Assembly (NCBI GenBank): GCA_028534125.1
Contig: CM052821.1
Span: 10,664,001-10,728,000 of the forward strand
Source: Lama glama
Taxonomy: Eukaryota
Reading direction: 5' to 3'
Length of the DNA stretch: 64,000 nucleotides
Part shown: positions 35,231 to 49,570 of the stretch, piece after piece
Position numbering within the stretch: the stretch's first letter is position 1
How the letters are laid out: each line of letters opens with the position of its first letter
Position numbers and translations under genes: made by a program
Notes under the pieces: model-generated
Told to the model about the DNA's origin: nothing
Seen by the model: only the letters and a program-made list of their open reading frames with translations
Database searches by the model: none

Positions 35231-38200
35231 TAGAGTTTGGTGGCCAAATACATTACTCCCCACCGTGCCCCTCTGAGACACTCACAAGGCCTCACAGACG
35301 CCCTCTTGAAATGAATTCTGTTTATTTTTATCTAACAAAGCATGTCTTAACTGTATTTGAGCATGGGGCCCTCTTTTCAAATTGGTGGGAGAATATAAAA
35401 CACTACTGGGATCTTTCTGTGCTCCAAACAATATGCTCCAATAACAGAGGCAAAACCTTCTATGGGGTATGCATATGTGAAAAGAATTTAAAATCTCTAC
35501 AAACATATAGGCCGGTGTCTCCTGTTTGACCCAACAGCGAAGCCACGGATGGCATATTGTGTTTTCTGCAGGGTGGCACCGCCTTGTCCTTGATCATCAG
35601 ATGTGCTGTGTCCCTCGCTCCACCAAAGGCTGTCCCCAGTGAAGCTGTCACTGGTCTCTGTGTCAAAGGCGCAGGAGAGCTGGCTGTAGATTCCAACCCT
35701 ACTGTTGGAAGGGGAACAACTGTGCAGGCAATAAGGAATTATTGTCCATTTCTTGGATTCCAGAAGTGAGAGCTCAACCAGACAACACAAATTCAAATGA
35801 ACTTTTCAACCAATAGCAAAGTTTTTGTCTAGTAATTTAGGCAAAGTATAGTGTTCCTAAATAATCATAAATGTATGACATATTTTCTATTTTGAAATCA
35901 ACTTGGAGAATATTCATTCTTTTTCTGTGTATTTTTTGCAAGCACGGATTACTAAGGAAGTTTGTTTCACGCTCATTTAGTACCACGTTTGGCACAGTTT
36001 GGTTTGACCAGCTGTTGGGTGCTGTCACATCTCCTTCAAGTGGAAAACTGACTCCATTTAAAAAACTAGGTGTGAGAGGAGGAAGTTACAGAGCTTCTTT
36101 CTCATGAGGAGTTTCTCTGACCTAAATCTGTGTCCCTTCACACTTCTGTCCCTGGGCTGCCCCCAACCCGCTCTGTGTACCCTTCCCTGCCGCTCCCACT
36201 CCGGTCTCTCATGCACAGAGAGGTAAGAAAATGGAAAAGAGGCTTAGTGTTTGTTTGGTTTTTTAATCAAAGGCCTGCAAGTTCCAAAATGTCACTGGCT
36301 CCATGATACTTTTTTCTCCTCTTTTCACTAAGTCAGCGATTTAAACCCTCTTCCACCTCCCCAGCTCTCCCCTTCCTCAAATGCATTTCCCTTATTATCT
36401 TTTCTTATAGGTTCTAATTTGAGAACAACTTCTTTTTTTCTATCAAGATAACGCAAACCTCGGAAGACACAAGGTTCAGATGAGGGAAGGTTGTGCAGGG
36501 CACGTTCTTCTTTGTCTGTGTATCTCACCACCAGCTGGGGTAGCTGTGGGGTGGCCGTGACATCTACATGGGTGCAAAGCACTCACGTACAGATGCAGTC
36601 ATGGCCCTAGAGAACCAATTGTAATTGAAGGCAGATTCTATGACTGTCCTTTGTGGCGACAGCTTCTCACCAAAGGGTGTCCGCAAGTTCAGATTCAGGA
36701 TGGTTAAGACCTACGAGCATCTTCTTCCCACATCCAGGGACAGAACTGGACAGAAACCGATATGGTTTCCAAATGCCCACTCTGAACCGAGTCTACCTTT
36801 GTGATTCAGGTTAGAGAAAAAGAGGAACAAATGGTAAGAGAAGGAAGGGGTTAAAATGAAAGAAAGAAGATGGAAAGAAAAGAGTACTAATTAAAAGTGT
36901 TACTAAAGTACACACCATCATGGATGTCTCAGACCCGGTACAATATTTACAAATAATACCTGCAAACCTGGGAACATATACACAGATGATGTTTAATACA
37001 AATAAGTATTAATTTTTTTTTTGAGTTGAGGTGGATCTTGAGAAGAAATATAGAAGGATAGTCAGTTACAAGTTTAGTCTTTTCCCAAATCAGCCAGTAG
37101 TCCAAAGGTAGCACACAGGAAGAATTTCTGAATCGAAACAGAGAAAAGATTTTCATCTGGAAATTTGCATCCTCACATGCCATTTTAATATGCAAATAGC
37201 TCTGCAAAAGCACCCAACCAAAACCTAGTCAGCCAGTATCTCATCAGATGGTTGCAAAGAAACAAAATGCCTCCAAAAATAGCTGAGTAGGTAAGTTGGG
37301 AGGGAAGCTACGCTGGGGAGGAAAACTCTGCCCTCTTTAGAATTTCGTCTTGAGTCAGTCCTAACCAAGCCAACGCAGGCACAGGGAAATTAGCTCTGCT
37401 GATCCTCTTGCTGAAGAGCAGGTGACTTATCTTGCTGAAGATCAGTGACTCCTCTGTTGCTCCTACATTTATGATGAAAATGTAAAGGGCACTGCCAATC
37501 AGCTCAAGTGAGAACACGACAGCCCGGCTGCTGGCTTCTTCCTTTGTCTCCTCTCTAGTGTAAACACCACCCAGGGCTAAAGGCTGGAGACTTGTTCATC
37601 TGGCCACTTAACCAAGACTTTTTAAAGAAAATTATTTAGATTTTTTTTCTATAAAGTTCCAAAAGTTCTAGTTACATCACAGACCACTGGAATAAAATGG
37701 GGGGTGGGAGTACTTTAAAACAGTGTATACCCTCTCAGAAGTGAGGAATGGGAAAAACTCCTGCTGCTGGAAGGGTTGTGTAATACTTACACAAATCTGT
37801 AAAATAAACAAAAAAAATTCAAACTTCCTTCTCCTTCAGCTTGTTTTTCTTCATCCACTGGTGCACAGATATCTTTCTTATCTCAAAGTCTGCTCTCAAA
37901 AACGAGGATTTCTCTAGGTTGAAAGTAAAAAAGACCTCAAAAGGTGGACCCAGCAAAGCCTGTGTTTGGTGCGAATCTTGACTCTGCTCCTTTTAAACTG
38001 AGTCAGCTTGGGCAAGTTGCTTCACTTTGCCCGTCAGCTTCCTCCTTCCTTGGGTCAGGGGGAGGGCAGGGGAGTGATCAAGATAAGGATAGCTAACTCA
38101 CATTTTACACCGGTGTTCTCCGCGCTCGACAAACATTTTGTCTTAGTATGTGCTAAGCGCTTGGGATACAGGGGTAGACAAGACAGAACTGGTCCTTGAG

Positions 38201-38791
38201 AAGCTTATGGCCTGATGAAACCTGTAAGTGCCTACTGTATACGTACGTCATGCATTTGCCCGGGACTCCCACATACACGGCATCCACTGATCCTCACAAC
38301 AGGAGTGTTGTCACTCAGGATTCCTGAGCACTCCTGACCTCTGCTCTGAATGGTCTGTGGAGTTAGCTGTTCTTTCAATAAATATTAAAGGTGCCAGGCA
38401 CTGTGTTGGCACAGGAGATTGAACGGGGAACCTTGTGCTGGATCAACTGGACCTCATCTGATTAACACAATTATTTCCTGAGTTTATTCAAACATCACGT
38501 GGAGTGTCTTAGAGTGTCTCCTATACAGTGCAAACCATGTTATTCAACTGTTTGACATTCAGTCTCTGTGCTGTCTAGATTCATTGAAAAGGTGCATAAA
38601 ACACACGTTCCTAAGTGGCTGAAGGGAAGACAACACGTATGTATCAGGTACCTTTCATCTGCCAGGCTCTGGTCCCCCTGTGCATTTCTTCATTTAGTCT
38701 TCACAACAAGGGTATGATGTAGGCATTATCCTGTTTACAGAAGAAGAAACTGATGTTCAGAGCGGTTAAACACGAAGGACTTCTTAACAAG

Positions 38792-39261
38792 TGTATATTT
38801 GAGGATATAGTCTGAACTGCTGTAATGAAGAGACCAGAAAATATATGACTTCATTAAATAAATTCATGTTTATTTCTCAACAGCCCCAGTGTGAGCATTT
38901 CAGGTTGTTGGAGCAGCTCTGTTCCATAAAGGGATCCAGGTTCCCTTTCCATTGCTACTGCCATCTCCTGCATGGCCAAAACTGAGTCACCACCATATAC
39001 GTGGTCCAACCCATGGGAAGGGAAAAGAAAATACACGGGGCAAGTAGCTTTGTTCTGAAGGAGATGACCTAGAAATTGTGGAAATCCCTTCTGCTCACAT
39101 CCTACTATCTGAACTTAGGTTTTTGGCCACACCCACCTGCAAGGGAGGCTGGGAAATGTAGTCTATAGTGGGGCAGTCATGTGCTCTGCTAGAATGTCGG
39201 ATATTTTAGTAAAACGTAAGTTGTCAATGAGCACTTAGAGCAGTCAGCAGACTCTGGCATA
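38792..39261 (-). mobile_element. MaLR LTR (MLT1J-like) inserted in a MIR
   Basis: tggccacacccacctgcaagggaggctgggaaatgtagtct signature, with MIR halves on both sides. Confidence 0.82.
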
Positions 39262-39382
39262 GCTAGTAGGTGATGAAGCAGGAATTCAAACTTAGACTTG
39301 CTTGAATCCAATACCATGCCACTCTCTTTTAGACACAAGAGCTAAAGAAACCTGCCTCTCCATCCATTTCTATGCAGTGCAG

Positions 39383-39452
39383 AATAATAATAATAGTAAT
39401 AATAGTAATAGTAATAATAATAATAATAAAAATAATAATTTTATTATTATAA
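39383..39452 (+). repeat. (AAT)n microsatellite, imperfect
   Basis: aataataataatagtaataatagtaatagtaataataataataat... Confidence 0.9.
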
Positions 39453-40289
39453 TTTAGGAGCAAGCAATTGGAATCGCAACTTCTCAGAAATATAGGGGCA
39501 TTGTTTCATCAACTTTTCTTCCTATAGATGCCAATATTATTTTCCCCCAGTTTTCTTGGAAATATCTCAGGCTTGCAGCAGCCTGGCCTTGTGACTCATG
39601 TGAACTACTTGTTAAACAAGTTACAGAAAAAAGAAAGAAAAAAATATAGTCACTTCAAAGAACTGCCATCTCTTTGCCAAATCTGTTACGAGGAGATCTT
39701 TTAAAGATAGGACAGTGCAGCAAACCATAGGTCTGGTTAAAATTGGATAATGCAGGAAGAGTCAATCAGACGGAGTGAAATGGCTTTTTTTTAAATAAAA
39801 AGTTTCTTTGTCCCCATCACCCCTACAAACAGGGACCCTTGAAACTATTTCTGAGGATGAAAAAGGAATAAACCGTGTTTTCATTTTCTTGGCAAAGAAA
39901 GAAAGAGTGGTTGTTTTTAAAAGCAGAGGAACTGTCTTTCTAGTTTAGAACAGAAAAAATGTCATGTCCATTTTGACCTACTGTCTCTACAACATGGCAA
40001 GCTTTGTTTTTATTTTTATTTTTTCATCTTCATAAGTAACTTCAATTCTTGTAATAGAGTGATGTACCGCATCAGTGGATAACTCAAAATCCTAGGTGCC
40101 TTTAAGGCTGGCCTTCTCATTGTAAAACACGCACTTTTTCTTTTTTTTCCCTCTGCACTTGATGGATAATCACTAAATATAAGGTACTTCTCTGGGCCAC
40201 AGTCACCACAAAATCTGTTTCCTTCTTTTACTCTTTCTTAGTCCCTGAAATCTTGTCTCCCATCTTTGATCCAATCATTCCATAGTGCG

Positions 40290-40460
40290 TTCTACAGGGG
40301 AAGTATATTTAATATCTTACAATAACCTATAATGATAAAGAATAAGAAAAAGAACACATACATGTATTACCGAATCAATATGCTACACACCAGAAACTAA
40401 CACAACATTGTATACCAACTATATGTCAATGAAATAAACAAATATAGATAAACAAATAGA
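40290..40460 (+). mobile_element. L1 3' end fragment
   Basis: aatatcttacaataacctataatg...caccagaaactaacacaacattgta. Confidence 0.8.
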
Positions 40461-40736
40461 CAAAAGATGGCTAATGATCTCCCGGTTGGCAAACTCAGCA
40501 TTTATATACTCCGACCACACTTTGTAGCCTTTGATCCTAACAAACACCTCCTTTCTTTTAGCAACTCTCATTTTTACAAATTCGAATTTCTAAAAAAATT
40601 TGCCCTTGACCCTCAGTTCTCGCTTTCCCTCTCCAACAGCCCATTCCTTTCCGGGCTCTTCTCTCCCATTGCTTCACCTGCACCCTCTACACTACGGTTT
40701 AGGATTGCGCATCTAATTCCTGGACCATGGGGAGAA

Positions 40737-41236
40737 NNNNNNNNNNNNNNNNNNNNNNNNNNNNNNNNNNNNNNNNNNNNNNNNNNNNNNNNNNNNNNNN
40801 NNNNNNNNNNNNNNNNNNNNNNNNNNNNNNNNNNNNNNNNNNNNNNNNNNNNNNNNNNNNNNNNNNNNNNNNNNNNNNNNNNNNNNNNNNNNNNNNNNNN
40901 NNNNNNNNNNNNNNNNNNNNNNNNNNNNNNNNNNNNNNNNNNNNNNNNNNNNNNNNNNNNNNNNNNNNNNNNNNNNNNNNNNNNNNNNNNNNNNNNNNNN
41001 NNNNNNNNNNNNNNNNNNNNNNNNNNNNNNNNNNNNNNNNNNNNNNNNNNNNNNNNNNNNNNNNNNNNNNNNNNNNNNNNNNNNNNNNNNNNNNNNNNNN
41101 NNNNNNNNNNNNNNNNNNNNNNNNNNNNNNNNNNNNNNNNNNNNNNNNNNNNNNNNNNNNNNNNNNNNNNNNNNNNNNNNNNNNNNNNNNNNNNNNNNNN
41201 NNNNNNNNNNNNNNNNNNNNNNNNNNNNNNNNNNNN
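40737..41236. other. Assembly gap (500 N)
   Basis: Run of exactly 500 N, a typical placeholder size. Confidence 0.99.
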
Positions 41237-43435
41237 TCTATGTAACTTGCTTGTGTTGGGACACAGCTCTGTCCTTCTCAGAGTGCCTCAACGACATCCT
41301 CCTTCTGCTTGGTCGGCGCTCCACTTACACTGGGATCCCCTCCACTTTCGGACTTAGATGAAACCCCTTGCTCTAGACCATGGACTCTCTTGTCCTGAGC
41401 AGTTGCCCAGAGAATGAAGGCGTCGGGCAGTGAGATTCTTTTGAAATAAACCTTTGAGACAGGAGACAGATCGATTCTCCATTCTTTCCCACGAACTACT
41501 CCAAGGTATGGTCTCCCCTTCCTGCTCTTCCAGAGACTTTGCGTGTGCTGCGTGAATCCAGCCGGTAAGCCTCCTCTGGGGTTATCATGCTGATCTTGAG
41601 ATAAGCAACCTGCTCTGAAAGCAATGCTTTGCGCCTTGTCTGACTTCCCTTTTTCCATCACCTCCTTGCCCATGGCTTGTTCCTCTCTCATAAAATGCTA
41701 GCATCTTAATCTTTGCTTCAGGTTCTTGTTTTCTAGGAGACACGGGTGAAGAAAACGTTCAAGGTGCCAACTCTTTGGAAGTGACATCAAGTCTTCATCA
41801 CATGCAGTAATTTCTAATTTTGTTGAGGCAAGAAGTTGAATCATATGCTCATTAAAATTGGGGGATGGGATCAAATCACTTTGCCTAAGTGAACTCTGAA
41901 AAGTGCCCCAAATCCGTATCACAGTGGAGCTTGATTGCTCTATATTTACTTCTTGCCACATTTTTGGTATAAATCATATACTATAGTGTTCTCAAAAAGC
42001 ATCTCTATACACCATGCCCACAATAATGCAAACATGTGTGTAACTTGGTGTGTATGTAACTTGGGGACCCTCAGAACTCCCAGCCCTGGAGGCATGCCCT
42101 GATCATTTTAATAATCTCAGGATGATGAAATTCTGTATTTTATATGATAGAATTTTGTGGCTCCCACTCATAGCACTATGGCTGGGCTTAGATGTATTTC
42201 ATTCCATTGTCACATACTGAAATAAATGGGATATTATAAATTGGGATGCAGAACTGTATGTGAATTTTAGAAGATAAAATCCAAGACTCCAAAGAAATAA
42301 TACGCTTGTCATAGGCTGCTTTGAGATAACATGCCCAGTTCCTCACTTGTTAGGAATAATCAGTTTGGAAAATTTGAGAGACACTGCATGGGTGTACATA
42401 ATATTTTTCTCCCCTTTAAATACATTTGTACATCCATAAAGTGAGTAAGTGTTATTTCAAAAACTGCCCCCATGTCTGTGTTCTAAGGGGACAGAGCAGA
42501 ATTAAAAGGAAGGTTACTTTTTCATTTGGAAGAAATCGTTTTCGTGGGCCTTTTGGTTTGCCAAGTTAAGGAAATTCCAGAGGCTAGTCTGGAAGGGAAA
42601 GGTTGAAACAGGAGTGAGACTCCTTCCTCAGGCAGTGTAAACAGCCATCGTCATTCTGCGTAGGTTAGCAATTCTTGTAGATTATGGTCTTATGGTCGAG
42701 CTTCCTGGTTTAGCCCCCACCAGCTGGGCTTAAGGGAAAGAAATGTCTGGGCTGTAGACACAGAGGGAGAGGTTGGCTCTCCCAGACTCTCGAGAGCTGA
42801 CACTGGCTCCAGCAACACAGCAGCTGGCTGGGGGCGATGGACGAGACTGCCTAGAGGGGACACCCGCTGAAAGGGAGTGACAACAGTGAGAGCTGGTCCC
42901 CAAACTGGGGCTCTGCTTCTCTGCCCCGAAAGTTCCCTCTGATCCTGTGTCCTCGGTGGCGCTTCATGGAGTGAAGGGAGGGCTGCGTTTGGGAGCAATG
43001 TACACCTGCAGACCGTTGGGGCGGCGTACAAAAGTGATGACGAGGTAGCCGGAAGTGACAAGGGAAATTTGGGGAGGAGCAGTTTTGCCTAAGAGAGCAA
43101 TGCCAGAGGAATGTGAGCATTTTCAGGAAGTTCTCGGAACTGCGCAGAGGATTTAAATGTGCTTGGTTGGATATAATGGGTATTGAGTCATCACAAGACA
43201 GAGGAGAATCTTGGGATATAAATTACACATATATGGTATTATAAATCAAGACATGGTATATTTATCACTGAAAAATACATGGAGTTAAAAAACACGGATG
43301 AGTGAACAAGGTCTGTCTAGGAGACGTGAATGCTGCCTCTCTGAGGGGAAAACTGGGTGTGCAAGCGGCATATGGGATTCCGACAAAGGCATCTTATAGG
43401 TTGAACACTACAGAGCAGGCAGAAAGGGGGATAAA

Positions 43436-43650
43436 GAATAAAACAGATAAACAACAAGGACCTACTGTATAGCACAGAGAACTACACTCAATATCCTGTA
43501 ATAACCTATAATAGAAAAGAATCTGAAAAAAGCATATGTATATGTATGTATGTTTATGTATAACTGAATCACTGCTGTACACCTGAAACCAACACAACAT
43601 TGTAAATCAACTATACTTCAATAAAATAAATAAATAAATAAAATAAAAGA
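43436..43650 (+). mobile_element. Cetartiodactyl-type L1 3' end
   Basis: cagataaacaacaaggacctactgtatagcacag..., (TAAA)n tail, and a degenerate TSD agaaag.gg.ataaa. Confidence 0.88.
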
Positions 43651-43943
43651 AAGAAAGCGGAATAAACAGTATAGAGCAACAGGAAGATTATGAGAATGAA
43701 GGCATCAATCTTTAACATCATCTCAAACACCTAGAGAGCTCATTTAAAAATACAAATCTGATCACATCACCCACCTACTGGGGACACATCAATGGCTCTC
43801 CATTGTCTGTAAGATAAAGTACAAAATTCTTAACGTGTTTGTTGAGACTAAGCTGGGCGCTTATCTCAAACTTTTCAACCCCATCTCTTGTCACTCTGCT
43901 CTGTGCTCTTTGCAAGTCAGCCTTTCTGGGTAATTATTCACTT

Positions 43944-44092
43944 CTTTCTTTCCTTTTTTTCTTTTTTTTTGGGGGGGGAGCGAGGAAGTAATTTGTTTTA
44001 TTTTTTTATGTTTTGAGGCAGTACTAGGATCAAGCCCCGGACCTTGTGCGTGCCAAGTATGCGCTCTACCACTTGAGCGACACCCTCCCCTC
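43944..44092 (-). mobile_element. Vic-1-type SINE inside an L2
   Basis: tactaggatcaagccccggaccttgtgcgtgccaagtatgcgctctaccac, with TSD ATTCACTT. Confidence 0.85.
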
Positions 44093-47000
44093 ATTCACTT
44101 ATTTATTTATTCACTTTTAAAATTTCAGTTCTTTTCCACCTGGGCCTTTGAACAAAGTTCTTCTTTCACCTGTGTCACTCTTCCCACTCCGCTTCAATTC
44201 ACCCTTTAATAAAGTATCTGATGAAATGCCACTTCTTTAGGATGACCCTCCTCGGCTCCCCAGATGAGGTCCCCCCGGCTTATGCTCCTGTAGCGCTCTG
44301 TACTTCCTTTTTTTATGTTATTCACCCAGGAAAGACTTATTGAGCCTGGCATTGCTATATGCATGGGAGGTAAGGCAGTGAAGGGACTAGACAAAAATCC
44401 TTGTCTTCATCACATTTGGAATTATTCGTCTGTTTGTGTTCTCTGTGAGATGCAGCTCCGTGGCAGAGAACATATCTGCCTTGTTTACCATTTTATATCC
44501 CCACGTAACGTTGAACACATAATGTTGAGCACGGAACACTGCAGGTGCTTAGCAAATATTTGTCAAATGAGTGAACGGGACAGAAGTTGGAGATTCACTG
44601 GGGTTGCGCACATCTATATCTGGAGGTCTTAAAACACCTTGATGGATAGTTTTAGCACAGTCAATGGCATGAAATAATTTATCAACGTTGGAAGGCTACA
44701 GAACTTGCTGGGAATTATGATTGATATAAAAAGGTAGCTTGACCTGTGAGGGGAATGCATTTCAGGCTTTCTAAGCCAAATATTGATTTTAAATGCTTTA
44801 AGAGGATTCGATGTTGAAGGGAGCAGGATGGCTCCAGAGCAAAAGCACGTGGCCCCGGTGGCTTGTCAGAGCCTTGGCTGGTCTCCACAAATGCTTATCG
44901 TAAGCGGTATTTTACAAACAACCCTATGTTTGTTTGAGAGCAAGCTATAGTTGCAGGATGTTTAGAATTTTAATTTCTTTTATCTCCATATCTGTTGGCA
45001 TGAGAGAACAGAAACAAGTGGGGAAAGCAACTCTGCTTTCAAAAATGTATTTTTTGCAAGTCAGTTTTTAACTACAAATAAATACTGGTTCTTCATGAGA
45101 AGCTTGAAAGAATGAAATAACTTTAATTCTAGATGGTAAATTGCTTGAGGACAGGCTCTATACCATTTTTAAGCCCTCGGTACCGAGCATCCGATCCTGG
45201 CCAAAGTGAATTATCCTGAAGTATTACTGTTTTCTACTTTCATGAATGAAGAAACACAGTCTCTTGACTGAAAAAAAAAAAAGTCAGTCAAACTGCTTAA
45301 TTTGGTTAACATGGTGACCAAAAATTTTTGTAATTTATAGATTATTTTGATGTTACAAGTATAGCTAGGAAAAAGTTAACCAAAATCAAAATAAAATATT
45401 CTAACTAGATTGCCTAATAATATTTATTTCCAGCCTATCTCTTGCTATAAGAATATCATAAATACAATAAAATAAAACATATGAAACCAAAGCCAAAAAC
45501 AGAGAACCTGAAGAAGAAAGATATGTTAAGAAAATATTTCCGAAAAAAGTCATAGTAATTTAGCATGCCACTTAGCTCTGAGTCTCCTGTCAGCCAAGGT
45601 CAAGAGGAAAACTGGAAGGAATACATACTTCTTGTCCAAGAGAAGGAAACATCTTAGTTCAACAGGAAAGAGAAACATTTTCCTGGTCCTGAGATAATTT
45701 ATAATAGAGGTCTCTATAAAGAGGACATTGAGAAAAATAGAGATGAGATCCTTGAGGACAATATTACAAGCAAAGATGAAAAGACCAGCCCATGTGAGGC
45801 CACTGCTTTCCTCAGCAGTGGGTGAGACGAGAAGGGAAGGCCAAATCATGGCTCTGTAAGACCTGCTCCTGAGGGTGAGGTGAGTAGGGTTAGGTTTCTC
45901 TGGAATGACATGGCATCCAATTTGGAGAGGATTAAGAACTGAGTATTTTGTACCATCCTGGTTCTGGGTATCTCACAGACCTAGGGTCAGCAGAAGTGCA
46001 TCAGAGGCCAAGGGTGGGGAAGTGGATGACATCGTGTGACCTTGGGGGCAGCGGAGGACCAGGCCACATGGAAGAGCCCTGACCTTCGCCCCTACTCCTG
46101 CCTCTGCTTCCACCAGTGACGTTCCTCAATTCCAGGTTTTACACTTAAGGGTTCCTCATAAGATTTCCTTTGAAAGGAAAGTTCTGCTGGGGCATATAAG
46201 CCTGCTCTCACCACATGATTGAAAAAGCACCTGCCTGCTCTGGCCCGCCACACCTTATCACCTTTCCCTGCTTGGCTTTTCTCAAGAGCACTTATCAACG
46301 TTTAAATTATTATATGGTTTCTTTCTTTCTTTTGTGTATTGTGATGTGGTCTGTACAGATGCACAGATCAGGGTGGAGAAGGCTGGAGAGCGGGTCAGGC
46401 AAAGTGGACAGAAGGTAGCCATTGAATTCTGTTCGCCGTCTTTTTCCTCCAGTTAGGTCCTAAGTTCCATGAGGACTGGGATTTTTATTTGCTTTATCCT
46501 TGGCTGCATCCTCTGTGTCCACGACAGTGCCTGGCTCGAGACTGGCGCCGTGTAAAGATTTCTTGAATGAAGGGATATCCGCTGTTTTAACGTGAGTTTA
46601 AAAATGACTACAATAGTTCAGTAGTTACTAAGCTATTTATAATATATCACCATGGGAGACACTTTTTAAGTGAATTCTCTTTGTATTTCCGATTTATATG
46701 AGTAATAAGTGCATGATACTCAATGAATTATATATACACGTATATATAATTTATGTGCACGTAGCCTCCAAATGGTATATTTAAAATGATTACATTATTA
46801 ACACCTTTGAAATGGTTTGCAACAAGTAGACTCTGAATAACCATATTTAGAAGAAGACCCTTCCGCACAGGCATTTTCTGGATATTAACATAATTCAAGT
46901 CATTGAATCATCTTTATTTCACGTGTCTCACGTGGCTGAGGACTGCATTATCTTCTTAAGTCATACACATTTCCACACAGAAATCATCATCACATAAAAC

Positions 47001-47548
47001 GCCAAGCCCGACAACATGTATACTGCTAAACTGGTCAAGATTTATCACAGAGACAACTGTTTTGAGCACCCTTCTGCTAGGGCAAAAAAAGAAAGGTCAG
47101 TGATTTATTTGAATGGACAGATGGGTCGTAATGTATTCCTTCAAAGTGATCTAATTTGGTCTCTGACAGGCTGTAAAAAGAAGTACTCAGAGAAGAGTGT
47201 CCTTCACTGACACAGATGTGGCGTCCAGTGGAGGACTTTCTCCAGCCATCCTGCCCCAGGGGCTGGGCAAGGGTTGAGGTCCACCTCTTTAGGCACTGAG
47301 ACTGTACAGTCTAGGAATTACAAAGACCAGGAGCAACACCTAGACTCGCCTCAGGGAGTGGCTAGGAAACCAGTGCCATCTGTCAGTGTCAGAGGAGCTG
47401 AACTCAATGTGGCCAGCATGACTGAGAAAACAGGCAGGTCTCTGTTGTCCTGGCAGAAATCTTGTGAAGTCTTGAGACGTGGTCTCCATCCACGGTGCTC
47501 CTTCTAAGGCAACTTGATGATGTCATGACAGGTCTCCATCAAAGTGAG

Positions 47549-47934
47549 GGTGGTAGATTGTATTAACACTCAAAATGTTTGTTGCCCCTCCATGGGGTGC
47601 TTCTCCAGGAAGGAAGATTTCACATTCCCTCTCTGTTGACATCAGGAGTGGCCATTCGATTTGCTTTGCTGATGAAGTGGGGACAGAAGCTTTAAGAACG
47701 AGCCTGTGTTTTGTAATGCCTTTTTTTGCCTCTGCCACAGATGCCATGTTCCCTGAAGAGGTTGCCTGGGTTCATTAGCCTGGGTCCTGGAGTGAAGATA
47801 ACATGGTGCAGGGCTGAGGTCCACCCACAGTGAACATATTACATGAATGAGAAGTAGACCTTTGTTGTTGAAAGCCCTTGAGATTTGGGGGTCATTTGTT
47901 ACAACAGCATAACCTAGCACACCTGACTGATACA
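47549..47934 (+). mobile_element. MaLR LTR (MLT1I/J-like)
   Basis: 3' end gagatttgggggtcatttgttacaacagcataacctagcacacctgactgataca. Confidence 0.85.
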
Positions 47935-48819
47935 AGGAAATCAAATCTCTCACAGTCCTTACTTGCCCACCCTGCAGTAAGAGACAGCTGTTGCTGTGGG
48001 CAAATAGTCGTTTTGGAGGGCTCACCAGGCTGATGAAGATCAAGCAGGAACTGTCAGGTAAATGGAGAGGTAGTAACACGCAATGCTTTGCTTACTGAGA
48101 AACTCACTGACCTTGAAAGTTGCCTGAGCAACTGTACTGACTCACACTGGTCACTTTGGGCTTCCTGGAAGATGCACTGACAAGGCAGCCAACCAGGGAA
48201 CTATTCCAGCAGGACTGTGCCCAGGACACAGAAACCACTGGCACGTTTGGGCTGTTAAGTGTTGCCACGATGTAACAATAACATCTGGAACTGGCACTCT
48301 CCGGAAGAGCACGTATTGGAAGCAGCAGGAGGCAGAAGCATTAATAACTGTCAGAGCAGGGCAGACAGGCTAACTTAATGGGTGAGCTCAGTCCACCCGG
48401 GGCCCGATGTGTCCTGTCCCTCCCCCTCCACAGGAACTCCTCTAGGAGACACATCAATCATCCAATGACCTAATAAAGTAAGAAGGTTTGTCTGAGTTTT
48501 GACACTGGAAAATAATAGAGGACCTCAAATGCAGAGGGAGAGAAACAGGGAGCATTTAAAAATTGCTTTCTCACCAGAATAGAGGAAGTCTAGAGATGAA
48601 CAAAAAGTTATGCTCTGTCCACAAAGTTGTCAGTTTTCTGAAAATGCCCACAAATCGACGACACTTTACAGAACTACAGAAAAGAGTAAGGTTCAGTGGC
48701 ATTGTTTTTTCTGCTGGATAGTATCTCTGTTAGATACTTGAATGTTCTCTTTCTGTCATGAGGTTAATTTACTGGAGATTAAACTTCTTTTTCTTTCGCA
48801 TTGTTGCATTGCTACACGT

Positions 48820-49020
48820 AGTCAGAGCGGGCTTTTAAGAGAGGCAGATTTGAGTTTGAATCCGTGCTCTGCCTTCCAGATTCAGGGTTTTGGCAACGAA
48901 CTTAGTTTCTCTGAGTCGCTTTCTTCAATAGTGTGGTTTTGAGGAATTAAATGAAACCACAGTGTATTAGGGTAGTCAGCACAGAGCCTGACACTTAAGG
49001 GCTCAATCCTTGTTAGCTTC
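48820..49020 (+). mobile_element. MIR SINE
   Basis: gaggcagatttgagtttgaatcc...ttagtttctctgagtc...gaggaattaaatga...agcacagagcctgacac. Confidence 0.75.
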
Positions 49021-49570
49021 CTTCTTTAATCTTTTCAAACGTTTAAGGGTGAAGAAGGCATTTGCGCTGCTGCTGCAGGTTTGTCCTGGTATGTTGACTA
49101 ACAGGATGCATTTGGTAATCACTGTATTTAAAAGAACAGAAGACCACTGAATGTCCCACTTGCTCCATCAGGTGAACTCCATGGCCTCTCCAGCCCAGTG
49201 TTCTGCTCCAAACATCTATAAGAAGCTTCCCTGTGGCTGATCGCTGGCTAAGGTTTTTCAGTGACATCTTTCCATATTCACGAGGGGCTGGTAGTTTGTG
49301 TCCCTAGTTAACAGCTCTTGATTGATAAGTACCTGAGTCCCTACTATGCACAAGGCACTGTGATGACTTCTCTAAAGCTGTCCCTGCCCCCTGCTTTCCT
49401 CTCCTCTCCATTTAACAGAAGAAAAGCGTTGCTATTCCTAGCCCATCTGTGTTCTCAATTCTATCCTTTCCAGACCCTCAGGGACCTTGCTTTGTCCATG
49501 ATTTCTTCCCTCATGAAACACTCCCAGGAGCACCTGCACACAAGTCAGGCTTCTTCCTCAGGAAGCCTCA

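Noticed and set aside
40467-41357. 296-aa and 172-aa ORFs
   Set aside because: Artefacts of translating through the N gap.
45658-45885. Coding-looking plus-strand frame (KEDIEKNRDEILEDNITSKDEK) with nearby GTGAGA/GTGAGT donors
   Set aside because: No polypyrimidine acceptor, no start codon and no recognisable homologue. Purine-rich DNA gives this composition by chance.
46920-46934. Tandem CACGTG-TCT-CACGTG E-boxes
   Set aside because: The 3-bp spacing fits neither ChoRE (5 bp) nor the CLOCK:BMAL1 tandem (6-7 bp), and there is no supporting context.
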